Shown: positions 12,773-25,750 of the stretch, in pieces
Layout: each line of letters starts with the position of its first letter
Position numbering within the stretch: the stretch's first letter is position 1
From: Podarcis gaigeae
Taxonomy: Eukaryota
Direction: 5' to 3' (one strand)
Length of the DNA stretch: 64,000 nucleotides
Assembly: GCA_964106915.2 (NCBI GenBank)
Contig: OZ066915.1
Position numbers and translations under genes: made by a program
Notes under the pieces: model-generated
Told to the model about the DNA's origin: nothing
Databases searched by the model: none
What the model saw: the letters and a program-made list of their open reading frames with translations, nothing else

Positions 12773-14507
12773 ACTTAGAAGAGTAACTGGTTTTTTTTTA
12801 CTGTTTATTTAAGTCGATTGTGCAGTATTGCTCTGGAGAGAGGCTGCACTGAGGAATTTGGGAATGGTTTTGACTGCTTCCTTTGCTGCTGCAAGCTTCT
12901 TTGTAGCCCTCTCAACACAACTATAAGCTAATTTTTGAGATTTGGTACCCTGTTTTAGTTACTTAATATATTAACTTATGTATAAATCTGATAAATCCCC
13001 TAAAGGACATGTGCCAGGTCATGCGATCTTCATTTTCATCCAGGAAGACTAAAAAACTGACAAAGACAGTTCTAGGGTTAGTTTTCTACCCCAAGATACC
13101 TACCAGTGTATCTTGAAGTAGTAGAATGCATCAGACAGAGCTCATGTGTGTTGTGTCAGGAGAATAGCACTTTAATCTTCTCCACTGGATCAATTTCAGA
13201 GATACTTTTCTACCCAAGCATAAGTCAAATGTGTCTCGGGTCTAGTAAAATGTCCCAAAATAAAGCCATGTACTATAGAATATCAGAAGAAGGACCTTCT
13301 AGTTGGGTTTTGGTTGAAAAAACACATGGGATCATTTTTTTTAACCACATTATGTTATCATTGAGGAAGAAAATGTAAATCCTGCAATGAAAAGTGCATC
13401 TGAGGTGGATTTTAACCCATTCTTTTTTTTTACATAAAAAGGCAAAGTTTTATGCCATTCACCAGATCAATTTCTATTCTCTGAATACACATTGCCAGAA
13501 TGATATCTCACACTGCTTTACCTACTGGAGTCTGTAGATGCCTGTGGTTGCAAATAAAAACCACACCATCACTTTGGCTTGAAAATGTGTTGGATCTGTA
13601 GACTGAAAGATTTGTAGCTGTTATTGCAGCAGCTACTTATTAGTCAGTACAACAACAGGCTCCTATCAACTTCAGTACATCTTTTATGTGCATAACTTGC
13701 TAAAAATGCCTTTCATATTTGTTGCTTTCTTGTTGGCCATGCAGGTTTATATGTCAATATGTTATAATGATCATGGAAGTTTGCAGGAAATAGTGTTAAG
13801 ACACAGTGCCAGTTGGAGGCTGGCAGAGACAAGGCTGCTAATGGCACACTCAATGTACCATTTGTTTTAGATTTGCTCTGATTGACAATCGCTGTGTTGT
13901 AGTTGTCAGGCTTGTAGCTTTAGGGAAGAAGGATTTATTCTGAATAATTACAGTTGAATGAGACATTACTAACTCTGCTTTATATGTTTAACAATTTGCT
14001 AGTGTCCATTTAATGAAACAATACAAGCAGTCTGAAAGCTGTCTGTTGGCATAGCACTTCAAAGTGTAGACTGAATGAGTGTGATTTCTTGGCCTTCGGT
14101 AATCAGTGTGGCACATCTTCATCCCCAAACTTCTGAAGTGGCAGTTTTTCAGAAAGCATGATGGCTAGAAATTTCCTAAAGAAGGAATACAGTGTGGCAG
14201 GTTCAAGTTCCAGAGCTGCTTCTGTTTGGGCACATAATGGGCAGGGTTTCATTCATTTATATTCTATTAAGATCTGTTAAGATTTTCACTAAAATCAATG
14301 ATGACAAGGATCCTCAATTTTATATATGTACAGTGAATAGTCAGAAAGTTCTTAAGTACCATGAACCATACCTTTAACGTGTGAATGTACCACTTAGAAA
14401 TACTGCTTCTTTTGATATGTTTGTTTTATTGATGTTTGGTTACAGTCACACACACCCGTTTTATAAATAAAGTCACTGACTTTTTTTCTCCCCATCTCAC
14501 CTCTTAG

Positions 14508-14684
14508 GAAACCTAGGATAAATTCTCAGCTTGTTGCACAACAAGTTGCTCAGCAATATGCTACACCACCGCCTCCTAAAAAGGAGAAGAAAGAGAAGGT
14601 GGAAAAGCAGGAAGAGAAAAAACCAGACAAAGAAAAAGAAATTAGTCAAAGTGTTATAAAGAAGAGTACCAGCAAGAAGACCAA
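14508..14684 (+). CDS. RYBP: RYBP internal coding exon (177 nt, phase 2-2)
   Basis: Polypyrimidine tract + AG (14506-14507) and donor AA|gtatgt. Translates (R)[58 protein letters not shown](K). [15 protein letters not shown] is the RYBP form (YAF2 has [15 protein letters not shown]). Confidence 0.97.
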
Positions 14685-15132
14685 GTATGTTTCTGGACCT
14701 TCCTTTCCCCCCTCTGTATCCTCATGCAAATGATCTCATCAGATATGTTATGCTTAATTCCTAGAAATGTACACTTTTGTTCTCTCAGCCTTGAAATATC
14801 ACTCAGATCCAGAATACCTTTAATTTCCAGGGACATTTCCACTGACGCTCAGATGATTTTATTCAGTCATCCTTCCCTTGCCTGTGTCACCACAGTCTCT
14901 TGATTCACTTGACATGTTTTGTCCTTTTCCAGGGTGGGTGGAGAGGAAAGTATATTATTACCTTCTGTAACTGTAGCCTGTAGCTTTATTGACTAGTGGG
15001 AGGGTTGCATGCGTTCATTGCATCGTGGCTGGGTGTGTGAAGGCACACTCTGGCACAAGTTGTCAAAGTTTCAGAGTTGATATTTTTACAGTAGAAAGCC
15101 CTTTAGCATTTCTTCTTGCCTCCTTCTTTCAG

Positions 15133-15231
15133 GCCAAAGTCCGATATTGTGAAAGATCCCCCAAGCGAAGCAAACAGCATACAGTCTGGGAATATGACAA
15201 CAAAGACCAGTGACTCAAATCATACCTCAAG
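15133..15231 (+). CDS. RYBP: RYBP internal coding exon (99 nt, phase 2-2)
   Basis: Acceptor tccttctttcag|G and donor AAG|gtaact. Translates PKSDIVKDPPSEANSIQSGNMTTKTSDSNHTS(R), matching mammalian PKSDILKDPPSEANSIQSANATTKTSETNHTS. Frame is continuous with both flanking exons. Confidence 0.97.
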
Positions 15232-18200
15232 GTAACTGTTTTAAAGTAAAGAACTGCGTGATTATAGGCTTGCTGAATTAGCGTTTCTATTTGGAGTGGG
15301 AAAATATTTAGGTTCCATGCTACTGAACGGGGAGTGGGGTGGTAATTTTTCCTTGCAACCCATGCATTAGCTTACTTCCTTGAATGGAGTGTGACAAGGG
15401 GTTGTGCCTCAAATTATTATTATTATTACTTTGCACTGCCATTTCCTGGTAGTTGTGGTGTTATAATTAGGGATAATTTCAGCTCACCAATTCAGATACT
15501 GTATACTAGATTGTGGACACTGAATGTTGGGTCTTTCTATAACCTGTGTGTGCCGGGACCTGCAGGCTGTGGGGCAGGCTAAAACCTATATAGTGGTAAT
15601 TGCAGTTTCCCTTTTCACAAGATCACCCCCACAGTAGAGGCTGTAGCCTCCTTTGCGAGGTCTGAGTCCATTGCCCATCAATAGGCCTCTCATCAAAATG
15701 GGAAAGAAAGGATAGTTCCTTTGAGGCTTGGGTGTCAATACACTAGAACAAAATGTACATGTGGTAAAACAAATAGGAAGCTTAACACCATTCCTTCTTA
15801 AAAGAGCTGCCACAGGTGACTCTGGTTGTCAATCCTTTTTTCAGTCCTTCCTTTGCCTTCCAACCCCCCCCCCCCAACCCACTACTTACTTATTCATTAG
15901 CATAATACCTGCTTTTCCCAGGAAAAAAATAAGAAAATTACCACAAGGTCTAGTTTTCTTTTAATTGCTCTTGCATGCAGTTGCGAGTGGGGGTGGGGTG
16001 GGGGAATCATTGCCAGAGAGAACAAGGAAGCAAATCCAGATTCTATAGCAACTTCTTTTTCTGGCCGTACTTATGAGTTACCTTGTTAAGATAACTTGTG
16101 AAATGACCATTAATGCCATCTAAATGCTGTTTCTTTCATTATAAATCATGCAGACAGAATGTCTTCCAGATAGTTGTAGCACCTTAGCCGATGTGATTTG
16201 AACCATTTAAAGCTTTATTTCAGTTGGTAAACCGAGTTTTCCTTTCTCTAATTTGTTATTTGGGTGGAGGGGCAACTACCGGCAAGTTTGGCTTTAATGG
16301 AAAGCTACTGTGCTGGCAATTGTAGAGTAATAGGATGAAAATGTTTTTAGTGCTATGCAGCACTGGATATTCCTTCTGTTTTTAATCCTTTTAAAAGTGA
16401 GTAACTCCCTCAAGTACTTCAAGCTCTACTCATCTAGAAACGGTATTTGCATTTTTTTCACAATATTTTGATTCCTTGTTTTGGGTTGTGGCTACTACTT
16501 TATGGCATATTTTTAACTTTGACTTTTAAATACCCTATGTGCTTAAAGTAGGTAGCAAGCAAAATTACTGAGAGATGTTAAACCTAGATTTGAGCCATTC
16601 AAACCCTGACTTGAAATTCCTTTTCCTCTGCATGAGTAAAAGTAGGGCGCCACGAGGGTGTTCCTCAGCGTGGTGCATCATCAAGCGTAAGCACATTGAA
16701 ATTAGGAAAGATGGGCTGTGGAAAGATGAGATGTGGCTCTCTGCTTTATTAAAGCATCCCAGCCTGTCTAAAATTACATGGCAGGGTCTGGAACATCCTA
16801 CCTGTGAGCCCAATTTGGCTCGCCAGGCTCCTCATTTTGCCTGCTAGGCTGTTCGGGGCAAGCCACACCCACCTACAGTTGGCAGATAAGAGTGGGTCTT
16901 GGCTAAAAGGGGCTTAGCAGACACTCCTAATTGGCAGCGTCTGCAGAGCCCCTTTTGCAGCACTTCCCAAGCATCCAGCAACTAGCTGATTTCTGGGTGG
17001 TTTGCAGATGTTGTGCAAGGGGCTTTGCAAGCCCTATGCTTGATGCTTTGGTTTGCCTGGTAACCAGCTGAGTCCCACCAGTGGAAGCCCTGTGCAAGGA
17101 CTTCTGCTTGAGCAGCAGGGCTTTCCCCCGGCACCCCATTGGCTTGGGGTGGGCAGGTGAGAAGAACCTCCAGAACAGGCCAGTGGAGAGGAGACAGAAC
17201 TATTTCCCTATGCATTTGTTTTATTGCTTTAGACTGTGGGTCTAGGAAATGGTTTCCTATAGAGTTGAGAATTTCAGGAAGGGGGAAGCGACCACTTAGT
17301 TACCTTGGCACAAAAAAAGCAATCTTTTTATTCCCTTGGCACTAGGAGATAGGCTTACTTGAAGAAGACATATTTCCCCCTTCATCTCAGTGACTTATTT
17401 GTATTATTAATTTTATTGTATAATAAGATACTCATTTTTGAATCACTTCCTATGAAGCATCTCAAAGCAATTTAGCAGTAGAATAAAAAGAATTTTAGAG
17501 CAATTGCATATATACAAACAATTTCAAATCCAGTACAGATATGAACTGGGAATACTAAGAATTGATAAGGGTGAAAGGAGGTTCAGGGTCAATATTCATA
17601 TTGTTGCTGACATGGTCAGATAAGGTACTCAAAACTGTGGGCTGTACCTAATATTAATCTTACTTGGAGTAGATCCATTGAAATTCCTGACCATGGCTTA
17701 GATCAATTAATTTCAAAGTGTCTACTCTGAGTAGAACTTAGTTGTATGCAAAACCTCATTTGAAGAATAAAGTTTGGTGCTGCTGACTGTGTTCATATAT
17801 GTATTAAGGATTGATTAAGGATTATTGTCCACAACCCATACTTCCCAGCAGGAGATTGACCTCATATCTTTAGCTGAAGTGGTCATATATTTAAATTAAG
17901 GTCTGGGTGTTGCAGAATCGCCAAACTAGGAGAAGAGTCTGCATTGGACTAAATTTGGCATCCCTATAAAAATAACTCCTTTTAAAACTGCTACTGGTTC
18001 TAGTTGTATTAACCCTTCTTACCTTGAGTCAGCTATTTGAACTCCTCCCAAATCTCCCCATAGAGTACATTTTTTAGCTGCTGCAAAGCAGCCACTCACG
18101 GTTTCTTAAGATCTTAATTACAGTAGTTACAAACGTAGGACTGCCTTCAAATGAATCCACTTCTTTGTACTGTGTTGTTGTTACAGGATGAATGCACTGC

Positions 18201-18984
18201 AGCCACATGTAATATAAGTGGATGCCTTATGAGTTGGCATGTTGATTGCGTGATAGCGTGAACTCTCTAAGAGGTTCATGAGCTATAAACTGCAACTTTC
18301 TATTTCTAGACAGGACAGACAGAACTAACGATTTGCATAATGACTGTGAATTTTTCAAACCTTGTTTTCTCCAGGCATATTCAGAAGGGACTATTGAGCA
18401 ATTTTCTACATGGCTTATTTGGGTTGCTTCTCTGTATAAATTCCCAGCAGGTGGAAAGGAATGCCAAGTTGTGCTGGTGCCTGTGGTGTTTGTAGCGGCA
18501 GAGATCCCCTTTGCAAATGACATCACCACTCGCAGGTGCTTTCTTGTGGTTTTGTATTGCAAAATCACGGCTTTGGGGCACTTGACAAGATAACGAATTC
18601 CAAGCACAGAATCCTTGTATTCCGGAAGGGACCCTGAGGCTTTCTTGATACCTAGATCGCTCTTGTCATATTTCCGTTCTTTCTGGCTAAGCTCCCAAAA
18701 TTGATTCCCCAGCTACGTGTGCTCACTGGGGATTGAGCGTGCTTTGGCGAAGCCTTTCTGGACTCATCATTTAGAGAGAGCAAAAGGTCAGGTGTTGAGT
18801 GAGGGGAGGGGCAGCAGTTGATTCGTTTAATGCATAGCCATTCATCAGTGGGCTGATACCTCTGCTGTCTTTTGACCTGTTCCTTGTAAGTTAGCCGAGA
18901 GAAAAAACACACATTTTAACAGAAGGCTCATCTGTTGTCTGTAATTGGTATTCTTTTTTATGATTCTTCTTTATTCTTGTTAAG

Positions 18985-19237
18985 GCCCAGACTGAAAAAT
19001 GTGGACAGAAGTACCGCCCAGCAGCTGGCAGTCACAGTGGGGAACGTCACAGTAATTATCACAGACTTTAAAGAAAAGACTCGCTCCTCCTCCACATCTT
19101 CATCGACAGTGACCTCCAGTGCAGGATCAGAACAGCAGCATCAGAGCAGCTCGGGCTCAGAGAGCACAGACAAGGGCTCGTCCCGCTCCTCCACGCCAAA
19201 GGGCGACATGTCCGTAGTCAACGATGAATCCTTCTGA
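18985..19237 (+). CDS. RYBP: RYBP terminal coding exon (RING1B-binding YAF2/RYBP domain and Ser-rich tail)
   Basis: Acceptor ttattcttgttaag|G. Translates [83 protein letters not shown]-stop (3' part of ORF 18935..19237), near-identical to the mammalian RYBP C-terminus. Confidence 0.98.
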
Positions 19238-22200
19238 GAATTGCACATGGAATTGTGGGGAACTCAATGAAATCAGGGTATGAAATTCAAAATATTCCAT
19301 CTGTCCACTAGGCTGTAGTCCTGGGAAAGCTGCCGGTGCCACTTTTTCTCTTCCTCTTCCTGTGCTTCAACGTACTTTATGGACATCGTCCCCTTGAACT
19401 GATGACACCAGGATCGTTTGAGAAGGCTACGGGCATCCGGCCACCGACGAATTTCGCACCCTGACAATTACTTTTTGACACTTACGTATTCCATTGTTTT
19501 ATATGATTTTCCTAACAATCATTTATAATTGGATGTGCTCCTGACTCTACTTTTTTATAAATCTGCTGTGCACAGTCGTCCCGCCCCCATGAATATTGGA
19601 AGCTTTTTGTTTTGTTTTGTTTTGGGTGAGGGGATATGATGCGGGTGGGAAGGGAGGGCTGCCGGAGGATTTTTATTTATTGTATTCACAAACTACATCC
19701 TCTCATTCTTCTCCCCCCACCCCCACCCCAGCATATCCTGTTGAGTTCAGTTCTCCCTCTTCTTCCAGTTATACTGTGTACTATCAGTTTTGATATAAAT
19801 TATATATAAATATAAATATATATATAAAAATAAATAAATAAAATATATATATAGGGTTATTTGAAACCAATACATGGAAACGCTGGTGCTTGAAACACTG
19901 TGAAGTGAAACAATTTAAGATCTGGGACGGTGAGTGCCCTTTGGAAAGTGCTTAAACAAAACCGGAACCAGTTTTAGATTAACAAGAGTGTTCCTGGAGG
20001 TTCAAATGGAGATAGGACCTGGCTTTCTTCTTGTGCTTTGGCTGAAGAGTACTGGACAAAGATAGATGTCTATTTTCTTATTTTCTGTTCCTTTTTTTAA
20101 ATCCAAAAGGTGCTCCAGGTAACTTGCATTCCCAGTAGGATATCTACAAAACAATAAAATTCCAGCCTTTTCCTACAGTAGTGTACAAATTTTTAAAACT
20201 GCAGTCTACACTGTTTTCAGAATACCTAGTATTAATGTACATGATGGCTGCACATAAACGTTGCCTAGTTCTCGCATAACTGATCTCACTTTAACTGTTT
20301 CACAACTTTTTATCTAGCCATTGTCCAGCTCTGTATCGGTTATGGGGGGGGGGGGGTAACATTGAATATCTACGGGGCAGGGGATATCTGCTAGCATTTG
20401 TGATTTAAGGCAGCCAACAGCCTAATATTGAGGGTGCCACCCTTGCCCCTGCTATCATAACTAGGCCACTATGTCACACAGCTTATTCTCAGTGCAAATA
20501 TTTTATTTCTGACTCTGCTCTTTCATTTCTAATTAATTCATTGTGTATCCTGAGAGATCTCTTTTTTAAAAACAACAACAGTCCGTCATCGAATGATGAT
20601 GTCTTTGGGTTTATTGGTGTTTAGACGTGTCTAGATAAAAATAAACTGCTATGGAAGCTGAAGTTGAGAAGAACTTGCATACCGGCAAGCTAGGAGCAGA
20701 ATGGCCAAATAGCTTCTTATTCTTTCTAGAAAGGTTTTTCTGAGTGTAAGCTGCTTTCCAGTTTCAAGTTGTGTTGCAGTTTTTTCCTAGCTCACATGTT
20801 ACCCTACTTAAAACACTAGAATGAAGTGATGGAACACTGTTTTAGAAAATTCATTATGTGTGTGCTTTTTTAGGCGACCCAGAGTGCTTCGCTGTAATTT
20901 CAGTAGCCCCTTTCCCAATTATCAAAATGGATACCCGGTGGGCCACTTGGCAGAACTCGGTGCTAGAAAAATTACTGTACGAATTTCTTGCTTGAAATAT
21001 ATAAATTATTTCTGTTGTATAGAGTTGCATTTTTATCAGATTAATTTTAAGTAGCAACAAACACAAGCTCCTCTCATATCAATCTTAAATTTTAACCTAT
21101 ACTTAACTGAATAAAAGCCGCTCTGCTCAAAGAGGTAAGATTAGCAGAGCAGTGCCTTGGCAGCTGCAGTTCAATTCTGAACATGGTGGGTTTCTCACTG
21201 TTCATATATCAAATTATTCTTTTTTGAACTCTTATTCTTAAAAGTATTTATTAAAAAGAAAAAAAGAAACAAGAACCAAAGGAAAACCAGATGATTCTCG
21301 TAAGCTCTGAAATACAATAGGTGTAGTTTTTAATAGTCCACATCAATCCACATTTTTTAGCATTGGTATGATATTGTAAAGACATTCCTTTTCCAAGTTT
21401 TCCTATTCCTTTAAAGGATCTCAGGGAGGTAAATTGGTCAGCCATAATTTATTTTTGGAGAGAGAGAAAAAATAATTTTTAAAGAGATGTTTTGAACTTA
21501 AGTCCCAGATGTGTGTATTTTGCACAGCTTTTTTTAAATGAATGAACCAGAAAGAATTAGGCCTATATGCATTTGGCCCCTTCCCAGCAAAAACCTGATC
21601 TACGGGCATGGGCAATAGGAGTGCATCTTCAGTGGCTTCCTAGAATAAGGCCTTTGGAGTAGGAAAAAAACTGTGTGTGTTGAATAAAATTGCTCAATAT
21701 GGTGAGCACCACCCACCAAGCGCTGCTGCTCCAGTCATTTCAGTGCGGCTTTTTGTGGGCCGTCATTCAAATAGTGCATAGCAGCAGGGATTGGTGGGTT
21801 CTGCCTGGTGGAATATGCCCTTTAGGTTAGGTAACAAAAGCTTTAACAGTAACAAACTGCTCACTGGCTTACCAATTCAATGAAATCCTCTTTGGGTTTT
21901 CTTTAGTTTTCTCCCTTTTTAAATATATATATATATATATGTGCCTCTGGCATATTAGCCTGTTAGAATAAAGTATGCAAATCTGTCTTTGGCACAAGTG
22001 GTGTGACTGAACTGCATTTGGCTGAAATTGTCAGCTAAGCATTCAAACTTCTTTTGGGCCGCATTTTTAGCTGTTGCGTTGCGAACTCTGCAATCGATAA
22101 CAACAACCCCTCCCTTTTCTTTTAAAGAAAAGCATGTTTAAAAATGGAATTTCCTTCACTTTTCTGCATTTCAGTTAACCATACAGTAGTTTTGAGAGCA

Positions 22201-23245
22201 TGTTTTTAAAATACTAGTGTAGAAGAAGGGCCAGAAATGCTTCGTAGCAAGTGGCACAGAAAGCAGGCGAGGACAAAGCACAGTGTTAACATTTGCAAGT
22301 TTCAATTTTTACACTTTATATATACACACACACAGACAAACACACACACACACACGTACGTGCACACCATACGCACAACAGCTTGCTTGACTTGCTCAGT
22401 TTGAAATAGTCATGCAAAGGGAACAATTAGAATAAGAAGAAAACCAATTGGATAGGCAGTTTTGATTGAAAATCTTTTGCTTGTTAAAAATCAGTTAGAT
22501 TTAAAAATTGGGCAGTAGTTGTACTCATTGAGACACTTCCATCTGCCTTATCAGTACCATTTTCAGTCTACTTTTTTAAAAACGACAAGAACCGTAAACG
22601 TAAATTATTGAAAATTTATTACTTGCTGACTATAATAACCTTTGCTTGTATGTAACCGAAAAAAAAATGGTTTTAAGAGCCAACATTTAGAATATGACAA
22701 TGGAGCTGAACAGTTTTTAATGCGCAAGCAGTTCTGTTCTTGTGTATGACTTGTAACCTTAATTTACTGTGTAAAGATGGTTACATTATTTCTTTAGCTT
22801 TGTTTGTTTGGAGACAAATAGAGAATGCTTGTTTAAGTATGTCAAGACATAATTTTATCTTGTGGATTTTTACGTTAATGTATTATACGAGCTATATTTT
22901 TCATTTGCCCAGAAAGACAGCTTGTATAACGCTTTTGAAAGTTTTCTGCTCTGTAAAGTCTTTAGAGCTGACAGTCCTGTTAAGTTTGTTTAATCTTCAT
23001 GCTAAAAGTGTCAATGGTGGTTTTGTGAACTGGTCAGAAAAATTCACAGGTCTTAAATGTTTTCGGAAAATTTATATTGGACACTGCTCTTTGTCTAGCA
23101 AATAAAAGATGTTAATATATTCCTGTTACCGGCATGTGCACGACTGTTATTAGAAGCCACTTTATCATTTTCCTGCTTTAAATAGAAATGTCTATTTATG
23201 AATTCTGCTTGTAGTTTTTTCACAAATAAAATAGTAACATTTAAT
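19238..23245 (+). other. RYBP: RYBP long 3'UTR (~4 kb)
   Basis: Follows the stop codon, is AU-rich and has no recognisable interspersed repeats. Ends with AATAAA at 23101 and 23225 followed by a U/GU-rich tract; TE-like sequence resumes beyond ~23500. End position is inferred. Confidence 0.75.
23225..23230 (+). terminator. Probable distal polyadenylation signal of RYBP (second candidate at 23101-23106)
   Basis: AATAAA preceded by a U-rich tract and followed by tttctattctttggtgttg (~23256-23274). Confidence 0.7.
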
Positions 23246-24352
23246 TAAACCTGAATTTCTATTCTTTGGTGTTGAGGAAAGGACTAGTCAGTTTGCTGTG
23301 CTAGCATGTTTGATTTTAGTATTGCTTAATTTACTTTGTTTGCAAGAAAAAGTGTATATTTATTGATATTTCAATTAAGCAAATCTGTGTAGACAGCTGA
23401 TCTTGTTAGATTGGATCGTGTGTCAAGCTTAGTGAAACTATGTTTTAGTGTGAACACATAAGCTTGTGAACTACTAGTATGTAAAAGGTTTCCTGCACTG
23501 GACTGAATTAAGCCACAGCTTGGCCTAGTTTGCTGGATGATGGCTGTTATGCCAACCAAGGCTCATGGTTTTGCGCTCTCCAGACTTATCACAAGTTATG
23601 ATGAAGGATTATTTTGGTTTTGGGCTCATTCTTAGTCTGGAAAGAGCTAAACCATGAGCCCCGGTTCAGTCTATGTGCTAAGCCAAGTGTGGCTTAGTAT
23701 GATGCAATAGCAAATTGACCCAGGAGAAGAGAAGCAAGATGGTTGTGTTCTCTGTCCTGTGAGCTCACATGTTTGTCCTAAGCCTTGGTTTAGCTTAGCC
23801 TGATGTCCAAACCAGGTGTCTTTGTTTCCTGTACTTAATCCTACGAGTGACAGTCTGTACTCAGAATCCCAAAGACCTTGAGACAGATAGCTGATCATTT
23901 GAAACGTTTTAAGTTGGCATTGTGATATACTGACAGTTTTGTTCTCTGAAATACTGCTTTGTGGCCATGTAGTACATCAGTTTTTGTTTTTTGTTTTTTA
24001 AATTCTTTGTGCTTTTCTGGCTCTTTCAGTAGTGGAAACAGGTTTAAACAGCAGCAGTAAAAGCTAGCTTTAAACACTTGTGACTGGAAGAGCAAAGCCA
24101 CATATTAGTTAGGCAATTTTTTCCTGCCCATTAGTACCTATCAAAGGTGGCAATTCAACCTTTCTGTTGAAAGGGAATTGCTATGTCTCCATTATTCAGA
24201 AGTAGAGTTGTGTTATCTTTTCAGCAACCAGAGTTTGAGTGTGGGTATAGAGTACTATTATACGACATATCTGCATCTGGCATGCGATACCACTCTCCAT
24301 GCCATGTGGCAAGTTTATGAAAGTGACCAGCAGCACAATCCTATACAAGTGT

Positions 24353-24495
24353 ATCATAGAATTGTAGAGCTGGAAGAGATTACCAGAGCCATCTAGCCCA
24401 ACTCTCTGCAGTGCAGCAATCTTTTGCCCAACGTGGGGCTCGAACCCACAGCACTGAGATTAAGGATTCTCATACTCTCCTGACTGAGCTATCCC
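24353..24495 (-). mobile_element. tRNA(Lys)-like-headed SINE with CR1-type tail
   Basis: Minus strand reads gggatagctcagtcagg...ttaatctcag...gggttcgagccccacgttgggc (A and B boxes), then ...ttccagctctacaattctatga. Confidence 0.8.
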
Positions 24496-24560
24496 ATTGA
24501 AGAACTTACTCCTATTTAAGAGAAATCACCCATAGTTTGGTCTTTCTATGTGGGCTAAGG

Positions 24561-24696
24561 CAGGCATAGGCAAACTCGGCCCTCCAGATGTTTTGAGACT
24601 ACAATTCCCATCATCCTTGACCACTGGTCCTGTTAGCTAGGGATCATGGGAGTTGTAGTCCCAAAGCATCCGGAGGGCCGAGTTTGCCTATGCCTG
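24561..24696. mobile_element. hAT-type palindromic MITE (young)
   Basis: Long terminal inverted arms caggcataggcaaactcggccctcc / ggagggccgagtttgcctatgcctg; gctaagg duplicated on both flanks (7-8 bp TSD). Confidence 0.9.
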
Positions 24697-25392
24697 GCTA
24701 AGGTAACCAGTATCAAGTAGTTACATGTAAATTACTGTTGGGTAAAATGGTTGTCTGAATGCAACCTGAACTTGCTTTTTTTTTAATTGAGGAAAGCCAC
24801 AGAACCAGAACTGCTCTCCTAGGCTACATAACCCAGGCAGACTTTAATCATTACAACTGAGTGAAGTTTCTTTGAACAGCCTTTTCTTAAAAAGTAGCAA
24901 GAGCTGGGTAGCAATTGTGACTTTGAGTCAGGAGCAAGGAGGCAATGTTAACTAGTTAGTCTTTGCCTCATTTATAGGAAAGGACAGTTTATAATACTTG
25001 TCAAAAAGTTCACAATCTGTTATAAAGCTTCAGCTGATAACATCCATAAAACTATTAACTCAAGATCCTCCAGTGGGTGAGAACCAGCGTACATAGAAAT
25101 TGCTTCAAAGAGCTGTAGAGGCAGTGCTTAAAGGAGCAATGTAAGCCATTACACGCTTTAATCTCAGTTGGAAGCTTGTCAAAATTTGTGCCAAGAATAA
25201 GGAGCTAGCTTTTCCTCTAGGGAGCCCAAAGCACATGTTAGACACATCCTGGAACACGCCTTACACAGTTGACAGGCAAGAAAGGGAACAATTTGTATTA
25301 AATGAGCAAGATCTTAGTAATACGCTTTTTTTCTTGAGATCATATTTTAATACCAAAATGTTCAGGTTCTTGCAAACTTTTGTTGCACACAT

Positions 25393-25469
25393 GGTAAAAA
25401 GGTAAAGGAACCCCTGACCATTAGGTCCAGTCGTGGCCGACTCGGGTTGTGGCGCTCATCTTGCTTTAT
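25393..25469 (-). mobile_element. Sauria SINE 3' fragment
   Basis: aaaggtaaaggaacccctgaccattaggtccagtcg...gcgctcatct matches the other copies. Confidence 0.9.
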
Positions 25470-25627
25470 ACTCCCACCTAACTTAGTTATATATATTTTT
25501 AGCTGGGAAGCAACAGCAGGCGAAATGACTTCTAGGTGAAAGTTATTGCTCCCAGGGCGGGGCGATGTGAGTCCCTGTTTGTGTGTGAGTCCCTATTTGT
25601 GTGTCCCATGGACTGCCTAGAAAGGGA

Positions 25628-25750
25628 TAGGGAACCTATGGCCCTCCAGATGTTACAATTCCCATCATCCCTCACAGTTCACTTTGCTGACTGGGACTGA
25701 TGGGAGTTGGGTCCAGGCACATTCAGAGAGCCACAGGTTCCCCACTCCCA
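25628..25750. mobile_element. Degenerate hAT-type MITE related to 24561-24696
   Basis: Shared ggccctccagatgtt...caattcccatcatcc...gatgggagttg core. Confidence 0.65.

Noticed and set aside
18935-18984. N-terminal part of ORF 18935..19237 ([16 protein letters not shown])
   Set aside because: Intronic polypyrimidine tract read in frame; RYBP homology starts at the acceptor (18985).
14521-19237. Assignment to paralog YAF2
   Set aside because: Diagnostic residues ([18 protein letters not shown], the extra 33-codon exon, terminal NDESF) match RYBP.
24420-24495. tRNA-Lys-like sequence as a tRNA gene
   Set aside because: Degenerate stems and direct fusion to a CR1-type tail indicate a SINE head; the same applies to the Squam3 and Sauria heads.
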